Source: Candidatus Obscuribacteraceae bacterium (lineage in GTDB: Bacteria; Cyanobacteriota; Vampirovibrionia; Obscuribacterales; Obscuribacteraceae). From it: a DNA stretch of 64,000 nt. The notes under the pieces were generated by a model. It was not told the origin of the DNA and ran no database searches. It saw only the letters and a list, made by a program, of their open reading frames with translations. The translations under genes and the position numbers were made by a program. Positions 38,107 through 48,390 of the stretch are shown here, piece by piece. The first letter of the stretch is position 1. Every line of letters begins with the position of its first letter. The DNA lies in contig JBGAHS010000001.1 of assembly GCA_044226015.1 (NCBI GenBank), positions 224,001-288,000 on the forward strand, read 5' to 3'.

Positions 38107-40890
38107 GTGGAAAACGATAAGGAAGAGACTAGCGCTGCTTTCTCTAAACCTGCCGCTTCAGGACCAGGTTTAAAAGCTGGCGCTGTCATCGACGGAAAAT
38201 TCGAACTTATCGCAGAGATAGGCAGAGGCGCTTACGGTGTAATTTTTAAAGCGCGGCATCTCACTCTTGATCAAATTGTAGCCGTCAAGTTCATAGAACA
38301 TCATTTTGTGGATTCTGCCGTTTCGTTGCAACGCTTTCATAACGAAGCTAAAGTTCTCAGCACTTTTGATCATCCCAACATAGTGCACTTTCTGACTTAT
38401 TCTTCGAATCAAAACGGTGCGCAGTACATCATGATGGAATACCTCAGTGGTATCAGCCTTGAGGAGTATTTGAAGGCTCATACGATTGATCAAAAGTTCT
38501 TGATTCTGGTGATGAAACAGGTTCTGGCCGCTCTGTCATATGCTCATGAAAAAGGCATTATTCACAGAGACATAAAGCCAGCCAATATTTTTTTGCTCAA
38601 CACCGAAGGAAATCCTTTGGTTAAGCTGATAGATTTTGGTATCTTCAAAATCGAGAATGATTCTGCCGGCGGGCTAACAAAGACCGGCGTAGCCATTGGC
38701 AGCGCAAACTACATGAGCCCGGAGCAATGCCGTGCCCAGTCGCTTGACAGACGATCGGATATTTACTCGGTCGGTTGCGTTATGTATGAATGCGTTGTAG
38801 GTACTCCACCCATGGCCGCTGAAAACGACTTGCTTGTGATGACGAACCATTTGAACAAAGAAGTTAGTCAAGTTCCGTCTAAAATACCGATTTCAAAGGG
38901 ACTGACAGCTGCTATTCTCAAATGTCTCCAGAAAGCGCCAGGCAATCGCTTTGCTTCAGCCGAAGATTTGTCCAATGTTCTTGTGGAAGAGCTTGATGCT
39001 GAAACAGTGCGTGGTTCAAACAAGGATAAAAGCGCTCTTCTAATTGTTTCACTCAGTCTTGTTGTGCTTGTGCTTGGGGTTGGCTTCGCTTTTTCAAGTC
39101 GTAGTCCGCTTCATTCTCTGGCAGAAGTAGGCAAAAACAAGGCTGTCGTAATTCAAGAAAGGCTCTCAGTAAATAGATTTCCTGACCCTCTCTATCCGCC
39201 AGCCAACGCTATTTCCAAGTTGTCTGACTGGTTGCAGTTTGCCCTGAATGATAAAAATGCTTCGACTGCAAGAATTTCGTCATGTATGGCCAGATTGCGT
39301 GAGAACTACTGCAAAATGTTGGATGAAAATGCAAAAATACCTCTGGAAGATAGAGCAATAAAGCGCTTAGAACAAGAGTGTAATCGTGATCGTTTGGCCA
39401 GGAACACGGAACCAGCTTCTCGCCTGGACTTGAAAGAACATCAAGAAAGGCTGAGAGATCTTTGTGTTGCCCAACGAGCTGCAAACAGAATAACTGATGC
39501 TGAAGAAACACTAGCTCAAGCAAGAGCTTTGCGAAATCGATCTGTTCAAGACACCAATATTTCATTCGTGGATTTACTTTGCGACCTGGCCAAGATTGAA
39601 TCTGACGAGTCTAACTACGATAAAGCCGAGAAGTACATTCAAGAGGCGGTGAAACTTGGTGAATATGGTAGACCAGGAGATTTGCTGCTTAAACTTGCTC
39701 TTCAATACCAACAAGATGGAAAATTCAGCGAAGCAGTGAAGAGTCTGAATGAAGGATTCGAATGTTATCAGCGGAATATGTATCCTGGATACTGTGATGG
39801 TTCAATTTTGGTTTTGATGGGTACTGGTTTGGAGCTTAACCAGCCAGGGAGTGTTCTTCGATTTATCGAAAAAAACTACAGCAGTGCCTCGCAACTCAAG
39901 CCACTCGAAGAAAATGGCGACTCTGAGGCTGTTTTGCAGAATAGAGGCGCTGCTTATATCCAGTTGAATCGACCTGACGAGGCCTTGGGTGCTTACCGTC
40001 AAATGCGAGAGATTGCTAAGAAACATAAGCGCAAGGAAAGAGAAGTAGATGCCTTAAAGCAAATTATCAAATTGCAGACCAAGTGGCAGAGAGATTCATC
40101 AAAAGAAATCAAAGAGTTGCTGTCCCTGGTTTCGGCAAACGAAGAGGAGCATTTAGCGACTCTGAACTATTTGGATGCTACATACAACAAGCCGAAGATA
40201 ACACTGCCCGCTTTAAGACAAGAGCTAGACTCTTCAGCTGAAAAGATCAAAACTCGCTTCCCTTCATTGTACTTGGCTCTCTTAAGCAACTTCTACGAGC
40301 GGGCAGCTGTGAAAAGAGAATTTCGGGTGGCTGCACAGATTCAGGAAGAGCGTGAAAAGTTTGTGTACAAGAATGGAGATAGTGAGCCTAATCTTGAACT
40401 GAATTATGGGTCCTATCTGGCATTGTTAAACTGTTACGGTTTAGTGCATGATGAAAAAAAACTCGACGATACCTATGCCCGTATGATGCGCTTACGGGGA
40501 CTTTCTCCCGTGCTTGACTTTGTCTGCGTGTTTTACTATGGAAATTATATGGCTCGTATAAATTATGCAAAAGGCATTGGTGTTCTAGAGAAGCTTCTAG
40601 CTGATATTGATAGCAAATCTATTCGTAACTTACCTGATTACTGCACTGTTGTGGAGTCGATTTGCCACCTCTATAGAGGAAAAGACACTGAAAAAATCAA
40701 GCCACTGGTTGAGCGTGCGATGGAGAAAGTGAAGCATGATCGTCCTGGCGCAGTAGCTGAGCAGATCCGGCTACTCGTGTTGTTGAAAGAGATCTGTTCT
40801 CGAGAAGACACGGCAGCTAGGGAGAAAATTGACGCTCAGTTGAAGGACTTGGAACTGCTTAAGTCTCAATACATTGCCAGTGTCTACTAG
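38107..40890 (+). CDS. Ser/Thr protein kinase with TM helix and TPR-like C-terminus
   Basis: IGRGAYG, VAVK, HRDIKPAN, DFG, YMSPEQ and DIYSVG. Confidence 0.93.
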   Translation: MENDKEETSAAFSKPAASGPGLKAGAVIDGKFELIAEIGRGAYGVIFKARHLTLDQIVAVKFIEHHFVDSAVSLQRFHNEAKVLSTFDHPNIVHFLTYSSNQNGAQYIMMEYLSGISLEEYLKAHTIDQKFLILVMKQVLAALSYAHEKGIIHRDIKPANIFLLNTEGNPLVKLIDFGIFKIENDSAGGLTKTGVAIGSANYMSPEQCRAQSLDRRSDIYSVGCVMYECVVGTPPMAAENDLLVMTNHLNKEVSQVPSKIPISKGLTAAILKCLQKAPGNRFASAEDLSNVLVEELDAETVRGSNKDKSALLIVSLSLVVLVLGVGFAFSSRSPLHSLAEVGKNKAVVIQERLSVNRFPDPLYPPANAISKLSDWLQFALNDKNASTARISSCMARLRENYCKMLDENAKIPLEDRAIKRLEQECNRDRLARNTEPASRLDLKEHQERLRDLCVAQRAANRITDAEETLAQARALRNRSVQDTNISFVDLLCDLAKIESDESNYDKAEKYIQEAVKLGEYGRPGDLLLKLALQYQQDGKFSEAVKSLNEGFECYQRNMYPGYCDGSILVLMGTGLELNQPGSVLRFIEKNYSSASQLKPLEENGDSEAVLQNRGAAYIQLNRPDEALGAYRQMREIAKKHKRKEREVDALKQIIKLQTKWQRDSSKEIKELLSLVSANEEEHLATLNYLDATYNKPKITLPALRQELDSSAEKIKTRFPSLYLALLSNFYERAAVKREFRVAAQIQEEREKFVYKNGDSEPNLELNYGSYLALLNCYGLVHDEKKLDDTYARMMRLRGLSPVLDFVCVFYYGNYMARINYAKGIGVLEKLLADIDSKSIRNLPDYCTVVESICHLYRGKDTEKIKPLVERAMEKVKHDRPGAVAEQIRLLVLLKEICSREDTAAREKIDAQLKDLELLKSQYIASVY

Positions 40891-42017
40891 AAGATCAAAC
40901 TAATTGGTTTTTCTAGGACTGCCAGGCTCTCTTTTTGGCGAGCCAGAAACCCTTTCCATTCATGTTCGATTCGTTGGCGTTCTTCATCATCGTGAATTGA
41001 TTGGTAAACCTTCCGAAAGCTCTCTTGTGATTTCAGAAAGGACTCGTTGAACCTCTTTTCTCCCCACTGATACATGTGAGAATCTGTGTCGTACCATTTG
41101 CTCAAGAAGAGCAACGATTCACTACGTTTTGCGAATTCGTGGCAGGCATCTACAAAATTGCTCAGCGTCTGCTCTGAAAAGATGTCTTTCGAAGAATCCT
41201 GTGTTTTCTCAATGCGATCGTCTGCCCGTGAGAGAACATTGTCCGCCGCATTGTCTGTTGTGTCGTAGAGATGTAACTCAAGCGCCTTCGAATCATTTCG
41301 TTGAACTGTTCTGCGAGACTTCAAGACGGCAGTTTCGTTGCCTTTTTTAGCGGATCCTTCTTGCTTCACGGATCCTTCTTGCTTCGCGGATCCTTCTTGT
41401 CTTGCGGATCCTTCTTGTTTCGCGGATCCTTCTTGCTTTGTGGATCCTTCCTGCTTGGTGGATCCTTCTTGTTTTGCGGATCCTTCTTGCTTTGTGGATC
41501 CTTCTTGTTTTGCGGATCCGGTTTTGTTTGGCAGCAATTCGGATAGAATACGCTCTTTGAATTCCTTCATCGGTAGCTCATACGCTGGCGCAAACCGTGA
41601 GCGTGTCTTGTTTTCCTGGCTGTTGTTGTTGCGAGAATCAAGTTCTTTGACAATAGATTCTTTCAGCAATTTTTTTCCGTAATCGCTAAGTATTTCGAAT
41701 CTATCTCCAGGAGCCAAGCGTTTGTTATTGTTTAGCCCCGCTGTATCGTGAGCCAAAATTTCAATATTGTTTTCTTTCATGCTGGGAAACATTCGTTCAA
41801 GAACTGATTTGTATGATTCACCTTCTTTAGCTGGAATGCTTTGGCACTTTTGTTGAATGCCAATATCCAACTTTGAAAGAAATACTTCTCTGGACGATTC
41901 CTCCGATATCATTCTCCGAAAGATAGAGCTATCTCCAGCGGTTCGCGCTGCTCGCTCGCCGTACTTATCTTGAGACATTTCTGGGGACATAGACGACTCT
42001 CTTTCTAGTATGCACAC
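40887..42017 (-). CDS. Hypothetical protein with KQEGS repeats
   Basis: 376-aa ORF converging on the kinase; no family recognised; start uncertain. Confidence 0.65.
   Translation of the reverse strand: MCILERESSMSPEMSQDKYGERAARTAGDSSIFRRMISEESSREVFLSKLDIGIQQKCQSIPAKEGESYKSVLERMFPSMKENNIEILAHDTAGLNNNKRLAPGDRFEILSDYGKKLLKESIVKELDSRNNNSQENKTRSRFAPAYELPMKEFKERILSELLPNKTGSAKQEGSTKQEGSAKQEGSTKQEGSTKQEGSAKQEGSARQEGSAKQEGSVKQEGSAKKGNETAVLKSRRTVQRNDSKALELHLYDTTDNAADNVLSRADDRIEKTQDSSKDIFSEQTLSNFVDACHEFAKRSESLLFLSKWYDTDSHMYQWGEKRFNESFLKSQESFRKVYQSIHDDEERQRIEHEWKGFLARQKESLAVLEKPISLIF
41352..41519 (-). repeat. 18-bp in-frame tandem repeat ([ATV][KR]QEGS) x9
   Basis: GGATCC recurs every 18 bp, 10 times. 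Confidence 0.95.
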
Positions 42018-42302
42018 TACCCTACAGACTAAGCTAGCAGGTGGAGTCTGAAAGTTTCTTGAAAGTCCTTCTGTTTAAAGTAACGCGAATTCCTATATAA
42101 ACGATTGTCGAATCTCGCGCACCGTTAAAATTTCTCATGCATTTCGATTTTGCGTTTGGAATTCGGCTAGTCTGGTTTTAGATAAGTGGTGGCGAGGGTG
42201 GAAATGCAAAAATGGATTAATTTGGCAGTTAGCATTAGGGCTCAGCGGGCAAGATTTTCTTGAGCCGTTCATTTTTTGCATTTTCGAATGGAGGATTTCA
42301 AA

Positions 42303-43211
42303 TTGAGAAAGCGAAAAGCACAAAGTGCAGTGCTGATTTCACTTGCTTTATGCACCTTTTGCAGCATTCCTGTGGGCGCAGAGGGCAAGAATCACGACGT
42401 GGATGTAAGCAGTCTGAAGGCTGGTTCGAATGTCTACATTGACGCTTTTGCTAACGGTGATGTTGAGAAGTTGCTGTCAATGTGGGAAGACAATGCTGTC
42501 TATACAGATCAATTCGGCAATGTCTATCGTAACAAGGACGAACTCAAAGGGCAGTATGAACAGTTCTTCCAAAAATACGGAGGACAAGCTCTGCAGATAG
42601 ATTTGCAGACTATTGCTTTTCCAACAGATAATACAGCCATTGAAACTGGGACGAGCCGGCTTGTGAATTCTTCTGAGCCCGCAGCGTCCAGTCGCTATGT
42701 GGCGACTCACGTAAAAAAGAACGGAAAATGGCTGTTAGAGAGTGTGAGTGAGACGCCACTCAAAGCAGCTTCCAACGGTGAGTATTTGAAGCCGCTTCAA
42801 TGGTTGCTTGGAACCTGGAAAGCTAGCAACCCGGACGCCGGTACCAGCCTGGAAGTGAATTTGAGTTGGGCAAATCCGAATGTGATTTCCCGACAGTCGA
42901 CCATAACGAAGAAAGATGGTGGAAAAATCAGTCAAACAGAGTTTATTTATTGGAACCCCGAAACTGAATGCATAAGTTCCTGGCAATTTGATGCCAATGG
43001 TGGTACCAGTCGCTCATGGTGGGAGAAATCGGGCGACAGCTGGATAATTCATGCTAGCTCAATTCAGGCAGATGGTTCGCCTTCTAGAGCTGATTACGTT
43101 TTGCATGCAGATGGTGCGGACAGCTTCAGCTGGCAATCGAAGAACAGAGCTCTGGCTGGTGTAGCTTTGCCTGATACCGCGCTTATCAAAGTCACGAAAG
43201 TGAAGAGTTAG
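42303..43211 (+). CDS. Secreted NTF2-like (SgcJ/EcaC, DUF4440-type) protein with a second beta-barrel domain
   Basis: AFANGD, YVATHVKKNGKWLLESVSE and LKPLQWLLGTW; GGAGG RBS 8 nt before TTG 42303. Confidence 0.75.
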   Translation: MRKRKAQSAVLISLALCTFCSIPVGAEGKNHDVDVSSLKAGSNVYIDAFANGDVEKLLSMWEDNAVYTDQFGNVYRNKDELKGQYEQFFQKYGGQALQIDLQTIAFPTDNTAIETGTSRLVNSSEPAASSRYVATHVKKNGKWLLESVSETPLKAASNGEYLKPLQWLLGTWKASNPDAGTSLEVNLSWANPNVISRQSTITKKDGGKISQTEFIYWNPETECISSWQFDANGGTSRSWWEKSGDSWIIHASSIQADGSPSRADYVLHADGADSFSWQSKNRALAGVALPDTALIKVTKVKS

Positions 43212-43225
43212 GAGAGGCACCTGAT

Positions 43226-44764
43226 ATGAAAAAAACATGTTTTATTGCTGTTGCGCTCTCGATGTTCTTGTGTGCCAATTATTTTTCTGCTGACGCTGCC
43301 TTTGCGCGTGGCGGTTTTGGTGGCGGTGGTGGACGAGGCTTTGGTGGTGGTTTTGGAGGAGGCTTTGGCGGAGATCGCGGCTTTGGTGGCGGTTTTGGAG
43401 ATCGCGGCTTTGGTGATCGTGGAGTCGGTGATCGCGAATATGGCGGCTACGGCGATAGAGGATATGGTGATCGCGATTTTGGTGGTATGAGGTCTGACGC
43501 ATATAGAGATTTTGACAGGGCTTTTGATCATCCATTTGAGGCAAACCGTCCTAGCGCATTCACGTCTCCAGGTGAAGTCGCCCCTACCAGCGGGGTGAGC
43601 AGAGCTGTGTCGAATGACACAGGAGTCAGAAATTACGGAACAGTACAACAGCGAGGGTATGTTGGACCGACAAGCGGCGTCGAAAATCACGCTCCTGGAA
43701 CAGTAAACTATCAAGCTGGTTATGCTCCTCGCACGAGTGGTGTAAACTCACGTCAAGCCGAACTAGACAATAATGTGAGAGGCAGCACAGTGCCAAGCCA
43801 ACGTGGAGGGCTAGCACCTACAAGTGGTATCAATTCAAGACAAGCACAGATTGACAATAATGTTCGCAACCCCGGAGCACAAAGAACTCTTGCATCTGAT
43901 GGTGGTTTCTCAGGTGTTATGAACCACGGCGCACTAGCCAGCGGTAACTGGACTAACCGTGTTAGCGCCGAAAGTCTGGCTAACCAGGCTAATCTCGTGC
44001 GCAACAATTTTAGAGACTATAATATGTTTCGCCCTAATTGGTGGGCAAACCACCCAAATGCGTGGTGGAACCGTGAGTGGCACGATTGGTATCCGTGGCG
44101 CTGGTCCACGTGGAACGAATGGGGACCATGGTGGGGTATTGGTGGTGGCATCTGGCCAATCTACTACGATTACGGTGATACCATCACATATGATGACAAT
44201 GGAAACGTAGACTACGGCTATAACTCAGTCTGTAGTGCAAGTGATTATTATCAAACCGCTCAAAGTCTAGCCAATTCTTCGCAGAGTGAAGATGATGACT
44301 CGTTTGGCGCTTCTGCTGCACCTGTGTCGTCGCCCCCGGCGCCGCCGAGCTCGACGGCAGCCACAAAGGAGAACCCGGAAATTCCTGCAAAACTTGCTAA
44401 AGCAAATGCATCTGAGTCGGGTGAGTGGAAGCCATTTGGTGTTTACTCACTTGTACAAGGTGGGCAATCTAGTAGCACTACATTGTTTCAAATTTGCTCA
44501 AACAAAAAGGGGCAAATTAAGGGCAACTACTACAACTGTCTGACGAACGAGATACAACCGATAAATGGCTCTGTCGATAAGAAAATCATGCGTGTTTGCT
44601 GGACAGTCGGTAAAGACAAAGATGTAATCTACGACACGGGGGTTGCTAATTTATTGAGAGAGCAGAGTCCAATCCTGGTGCATTTCTCAAGAGACAAGAC
44701 GCAGCAATGGACACTCGTGCGCTTGAAGGCTCCCGAAGAAGGCGCAGGAAAATCAAAGACTTAA
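43226..44764 (+). CDS. Secreted low-complexity protein (RGG/GDRG N-terminus, Trp-rich middle, globular C-terminus)
   Basis: Signal peptide AAFA; GGGF and GDRG repeats; WWANHPNAWW; YYDYG; EWKPFGVYSL...QQWTLVRL. Confidence 0.75.
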   Translation: MKKTCFIAVALSMFLCANYFSADAAFARGGFGGGGGRGFGGGFGGGFGGDRGFGGGFGDRGFGDRGVGDREYGGYGDRGYGDRDFGGMRSDAYRDFDRAFDHPFEANRPSAFTSPGEVAPTSGVSRAVSNDTGVRNYGTVQQRGYVGPTSGVENHAPGTVNYQAGYAPRTSGVNSRQAELDNNVRGSTVPSQRGGLAPTSGINSRQAQIDNNVRNPGAQRTLASDGGFSGVMNHGALASGNWTNRVSAESLANQANLVRNNFRDYNMFRPNWWANHPNAWWNREWHDWYPWRWSTWNEWGPWWGIGGGIWPIYYDYGDTITYDDNGNVDYGYNSVCSASDYYQTAQSLANSSQSEDDDSFGASAAPVSSPPAPPSSTAATKENPEIPAKLAKANASESGEWKPFGVYSLVQGGQSSSTTLFQICSNKKGQIKGNYYNCLTNEIQPINGSVDKKIMRVCWTVGKDKDVIYDTGVANLLREQSPILVHFSRDKTQQWTLVRLKAPEEGAGKSKT

Positions 44765-45534
44765 TTGCTTGCTTTTGAACTGTGAATGATTCGATAAGCG
44801 GCCATTGCCGCACCAAAACCATTGTCGATGTTTACGACGCTGACTCCAGCGGCGCAGCTGTTGAGCATGGTCAGTAAAGCTGCGAGCCCATCAAACGACG
44901 AGCCATAGCCAATTGAACTGGGACAGGCAATAACTGGGCAGGCTAAGAGTCCTCCGAGTACACTTGGAAGCACTCCATCCATTCCGGCGATGACTATGCA
45001 TACGCTTGCTTTACGTATCTCAGGCAGAGCTTCCAGAACCCGATGAAGTCCGGCGACTCCAACATCTGCAATCAGGCGGCTTCTGATTGCCGCTGCTTGC
45101 AATATGAGCTCTGCCTCCCTGGCCACGGGAAGATCAGATGTTCCAGCCGTGACTATCGCCACCGTTCCAAGCTCAGTATTTGCTTCTGGTAAAGCTCCCC
45201 AAACAAGAGTTTTCGCTTCGCTGTGATGTTTGACTTCTCCGGCTACCGCATTATTTAGAATCTCTCGTGCTTGTTCCTCACTAGCTCTTGTTGCAAGCAC
45301 GAAATCGTTGTTTGTCAGTAATCGTTCAGCAATTTGATTTATTTGCTTGCTTGTTTTTCCGGGGCAGAAAATAATTTCGGGCAGTCCTTGCCTGAGCTGG
45401 CGATGTTGATCTACTCGCGCAAAACCCAGGTCATTAAAGGGAAGATTCCGCAGCTCAGCCAGAGCTGCATCCGTGCGCAACTCTCCGCTTGCTACCTTTG
45501 CAAGCAAAATGCGCAATCGCTCTTCGAACATCAT
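44761..45534 (-). CDS. larB: Nickel-pincer cofactor biosynthesis protein LarB
   Basis: FARVDQHRQLRQGLPE, AGTSDLPVAREA, DVGVAGLHR, PSSIGYG and VVNIDNGFGAA. Confidence 0.93.
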   Translation of the reverse strand: MMFEERLRILLAKVASGELRTDAALAELRNLPFNDLGFARVDQHRQLRQGLPEIIFCPGKTSKQINQIAERLLTNNDFVLATRASEEQAREILNNAVAGEVKHHSEAKTLVWGALPEANTELGTVAIVTAGTSDLPVAREAELILQAAAIRSRLIADVGVAGLHRVLEALPEIRKASVCIVIAGMDGVLPSVLGGLLACPVIACPSSIGYGSSFDGLAALLTMLNSCAAGVSVVNIDNGFGAAMAAYRIIHSSKASN

Positions 45535-46367
45535 TTTGTTTTTTCAACCGGAATATTGGCACCACCTTGCTTGTATCCAGCAAGGTCTAGTGTGACAAAA
45601 CGATATCCAAAGCCGCGCAGTGTTTTTGCGACTTCTTGCATCAGCTCAAAGTTATTCGTTAGCTTTTGCATTTCCGATTGCTCTAGTTCTATGCGAGCGA
45701 TTTGATCATGGTGGCGAACTCTCAGTTGGCGGAAACCTAATGAGTGTAGATATGCTTCTGATTTTTCAATTAGGAGGAGTTTTTCGCGTGTCACTGGTTC
45801 GTTCAGCGGCAAGCGTGAGGAGAGGCATGCCGCCTGGGGGCGGTCCCAAGAGGGCAAGTTTGCTCTTTCAGCAAGCAATCTGATTTCCCATTTCTCAAGT
45901 CCTGCTTGTTGCAGAGGACTCAATACACGAAATTCCTTGGCTGCTTTGTTGCCAGGGCGCGTGTCTTGCATATCGTCCATAATGGCACCGTATGCAATGT
46001 ATTTGATGTCATTGTCGCGAGCAAGATCTTGCAGCTCGCCGAACAATGTTTTCTTGCAGTGATAACAACGTGATGCGTCGTTCTTCTTATATTCAGGGTT
46101 TTCGATTTCGGTGGTTTCAACTTCAATCAAATCAAAATCGAATTTTTCGGCTTGCCTTCTTGCTGCCTCTAACTCTTCTTGAGGTAAACTAGCGGAAATT
46201 GCGATGGCGATTTTAGCTTTCTCTTTTAGCACTTTTCGTGCATAGAACGCTAACAACGAGCTATCGACACCGCCAGAATAGGCGATAATCACGCTGTCTA
46301 ATGCAGCCAATTGCTTTAATAGCTTTTGCTCTTTTTCGTCAATTGATACTGTGGCTAATTCAGGCAT
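45531..46367 (-). CDS. larE: ATP-dependent sulfur transferase LarE
   Basis: PP-loop AYSGGVDSS, RCYHCK, RPG, ACLSSR, LRVRHH and FVTLDLAGY. Confidence 0.93.
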   Translation of the reverse strand: MPELATVSIDEKEQKLLKQLAALDSVIIAYSGGVDSSLLAFYARKVLKEKAKIAIAISASLPQEELEAARRQAEKFDFDLIEVETTEIENPEYKKNDASRCYHCKKTLFGELQDLARDNDIKYIAYGAIMDDMQDTRPGNKAAKEFRVLSPLQQAGLEKWEIRLLAERANLPSWDRPQAACLSSRLPLNEPVTREKLLLIEKSEAYLHSLGFRQLRVRHHDQIARIELEQSEMQKLTNNFELMQEVAKTLRGFGYRFVTLDLAGYKQGGANIPVEKTK

Positions 46368-48301
46368 TATCTAGGTTCCTTAACCAGGGTTCCCCCAACT
46401 AATTTTTCGAGACTGCTGCGAATAGAGGTTTCGTCTTCTTTCTTCGCGCCTTCTCTCAGTTTTTCCAGCTCGCGCATCAAAAGGTCATGATCAAACTCTT
46501 GAGGCTTGCCAACGTGAATCTTCTTGTATTTTGTAGCTGTGAGACCTTCCTCAGCAGTGAGTAGCTCTTCGTAGAGTTTTTCACCAGGACGCAAGCCGAC
46601 GAACTTAATCTCGATGTCGGTGCCAGGTCTCAATCCGGAAAGTCTGATCAGGTCGTTTGCAAGATCTAAAATTTTGCATGGGTCACCCATATCGAGGACG
46701 AATATGTCTCCGTGTGCTCCGAGGGCACCGGCTTGAATTATGAGCTGCACCGCTTCTGGTATCAACATGAAATACCGCACTGCATCAGGATGCGTTACAG
46801 TCACAGGTCCACCGAGTTCTATTTGTTTGCGCCAGGTCGGAATCACTGAGCCACGGCTGTCCAGTACGTTGCCAAATCGCACCATACCAAATTTGGTATC
46901 GGACTTTCTAGCAATGTCTTGTACGACCAATTCCGATACTCGTTTGCTAGCACCCATAACTGAAGTCGGGTTTACGGCTTTGTCGGTTGATACAAGCACG
47001 AAATTCTCGCACTTAAAGTGGTCCGCGAGATTTGCCACGTTGTAGGTGCCGATGATGTTGTTCTTTATTGCTTCGGAGACATTGCATTCCATCAGGGGCA
47101 CATGCTTGTGTGCTGCTGCGTGGAAAACCACTTCGGGTTTGTGTGTGTCAAAAATGTATGAAAGGCGCTCAGCATCTCTAACGTCAGCGATGATGCTCGT
47201 CAGTTTCACCGGTTCAGGTCGGCGACGAAGTTCTTCGAGAATCATGAAGATGGAGTTTTCGCCTCTGCCAAGCAAAATCAATTCAGAAGGCTGAAAGCCC
47301 ATAATTTGTCGCGAGAGTTCACTGCCGATTGAACCACCTGCTCCAGTGATGAGAACGCGCTTGCCCCCGATGTAGTGCGCGATTGAAGCTGTGTCCATCT
47401 CGACCCTTTCGCGACCAAGCAAATCTTCGAGCGACACTGTTCTAAGCTGGTTTACGCTGACTCTTCCATCTATCAGTTCGAAGAGTCCAGGCAGAATTCT
47501 GGTCTCAACTTCTGCTTCTCTGCAGATGTCCACAATGCGTCGAATCTCAGCAGGTGGGGCTGATGGAATGGCGATGATAACCTGATCGACAAAATGCTTC
47601 TCTACATTATTCAGCAGCTGCTTTGTGGTGCCAAATACGGTGGCGTTGCCAATTCGCTTGCCTACCTTCAGTTGGTCATCATCAACAAATCCGACGACGT
47701 CGGTTCCGAGGTCAAGCCTGTGAGAAAGCTCTCTTGCCACCATCTGTCCTGCATCGCCTGCACCCACTACGAGGGCGCGCTTGCGCACTGGCTGTCTCCA
47801 GTGCTTTCTCTGCAAATATTCAGTTTGCATGCGACGAAGTACGCGAGCTGCCACCACAAGCATAAATGTCAAAACAGGCTCTATCAAAATGATGCTGTAC
47901 GCAAGCTGATGTTTCCCGATGCCCAGCAGACCGATTGCACGGGCTATCAGAATTATGGTGCTGACGCTAAGAGTTGCGACCCCTATCTCTACTACTTCGG
48001 CCAGACCAGTGTAACGCCACAGTCTCGTGTACACGCCACAAATCCAGTGTGCAAGCAGGCGCAGTCCGATGAAGATAGGCGCCATGCACAGAAGTTGATG
48101 CCAATACTCGCGCGCTGGTGCTCCGTCAAATCTAATCAAAAAGGAAAGCAGGAGGCTGATTGAGACAAGTGATGCGTCGAGGAGCACTTGCAAGATTCTC
48201 ATCCAGGCAACCTTGCGCACCCACTTGCTGGAATCATCAATCGATTCAACTTGCAGTTGATTACTGCTTTCTGGATTTTCGTTGTCGGAAGACGATGCCA
48301 C
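46367..48301 (-). CDS. CapD/PglF-type membrane-bound UDP-sugar 4,6-dehydratase
   Basis: N-terminal TMs; GAGDAG, TGAGGSIGSEL, HAAAHKHVP, STDKAVNPTSVMGASK, VRFGNVL and GLRPGEKLYEEL. Confidence 0.93.
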   Translation of the reverse strand: MASSSDNENPESSNQLQVESIDDSSKWVRKVAWMRILQVLLDASLVSISLLLSFLIRFDGAPAREYWHQLLCMAPIFIGLRLLAHWICGVYTRLWRYTGLAEVVEIGVATLSVSTIILIARAIGLLGIGKHQLAYSIILIEPVLTFMLVVAARVLRRMQTEYLQRKHWRQPVRKRALVVGAGDAGQMVARELSHRLDLGTDVVGFVDDDQLKVGKRIGNATVFGTTKQLLNNVEKHFVDQVIIAIPSAPPAEIRRIVDICREAEVETRILPGLFELIDGRVSVNQLRTVSLEDLLGRERVEMDTASIAHYIGGKRVLITGAGGSIGSELSRQIMGFQPSELILLGRGENSIFMILEELRRRPEPVKLTSIIADVRDAERLSYIFDTHKPEVVFHAAAHKHVPLMECNVSEAIKNNIIGTYNVANLADHFKCENFVLVSTDKAVNPTSVMGASKRVSELVVQDIARKSDTKFGMVRFGNVLDSRGSVIPTWRKQIELGGPVTVTHPDAVRYFMLIPEAVQLIIQAGALGAHGDIFVLDMGDPCKILDLANDLIRLSGLRPGTDIEIKFVGLRPGEKLYEELLTAEEGLTATKYKKIHVGKPQEFDHDLLMRELEKLREGAKKEDETSIRSSLEKLVGGTLVKEPR

Positions 48302-48390
48302 TTGCCTTGACCAAAAAATGGAATGTCAAAGTCTAGCATGTCAGTAGACAGCTTACATGTAATGGAGATAAGCCTCGCAGGCGGAAGTGC

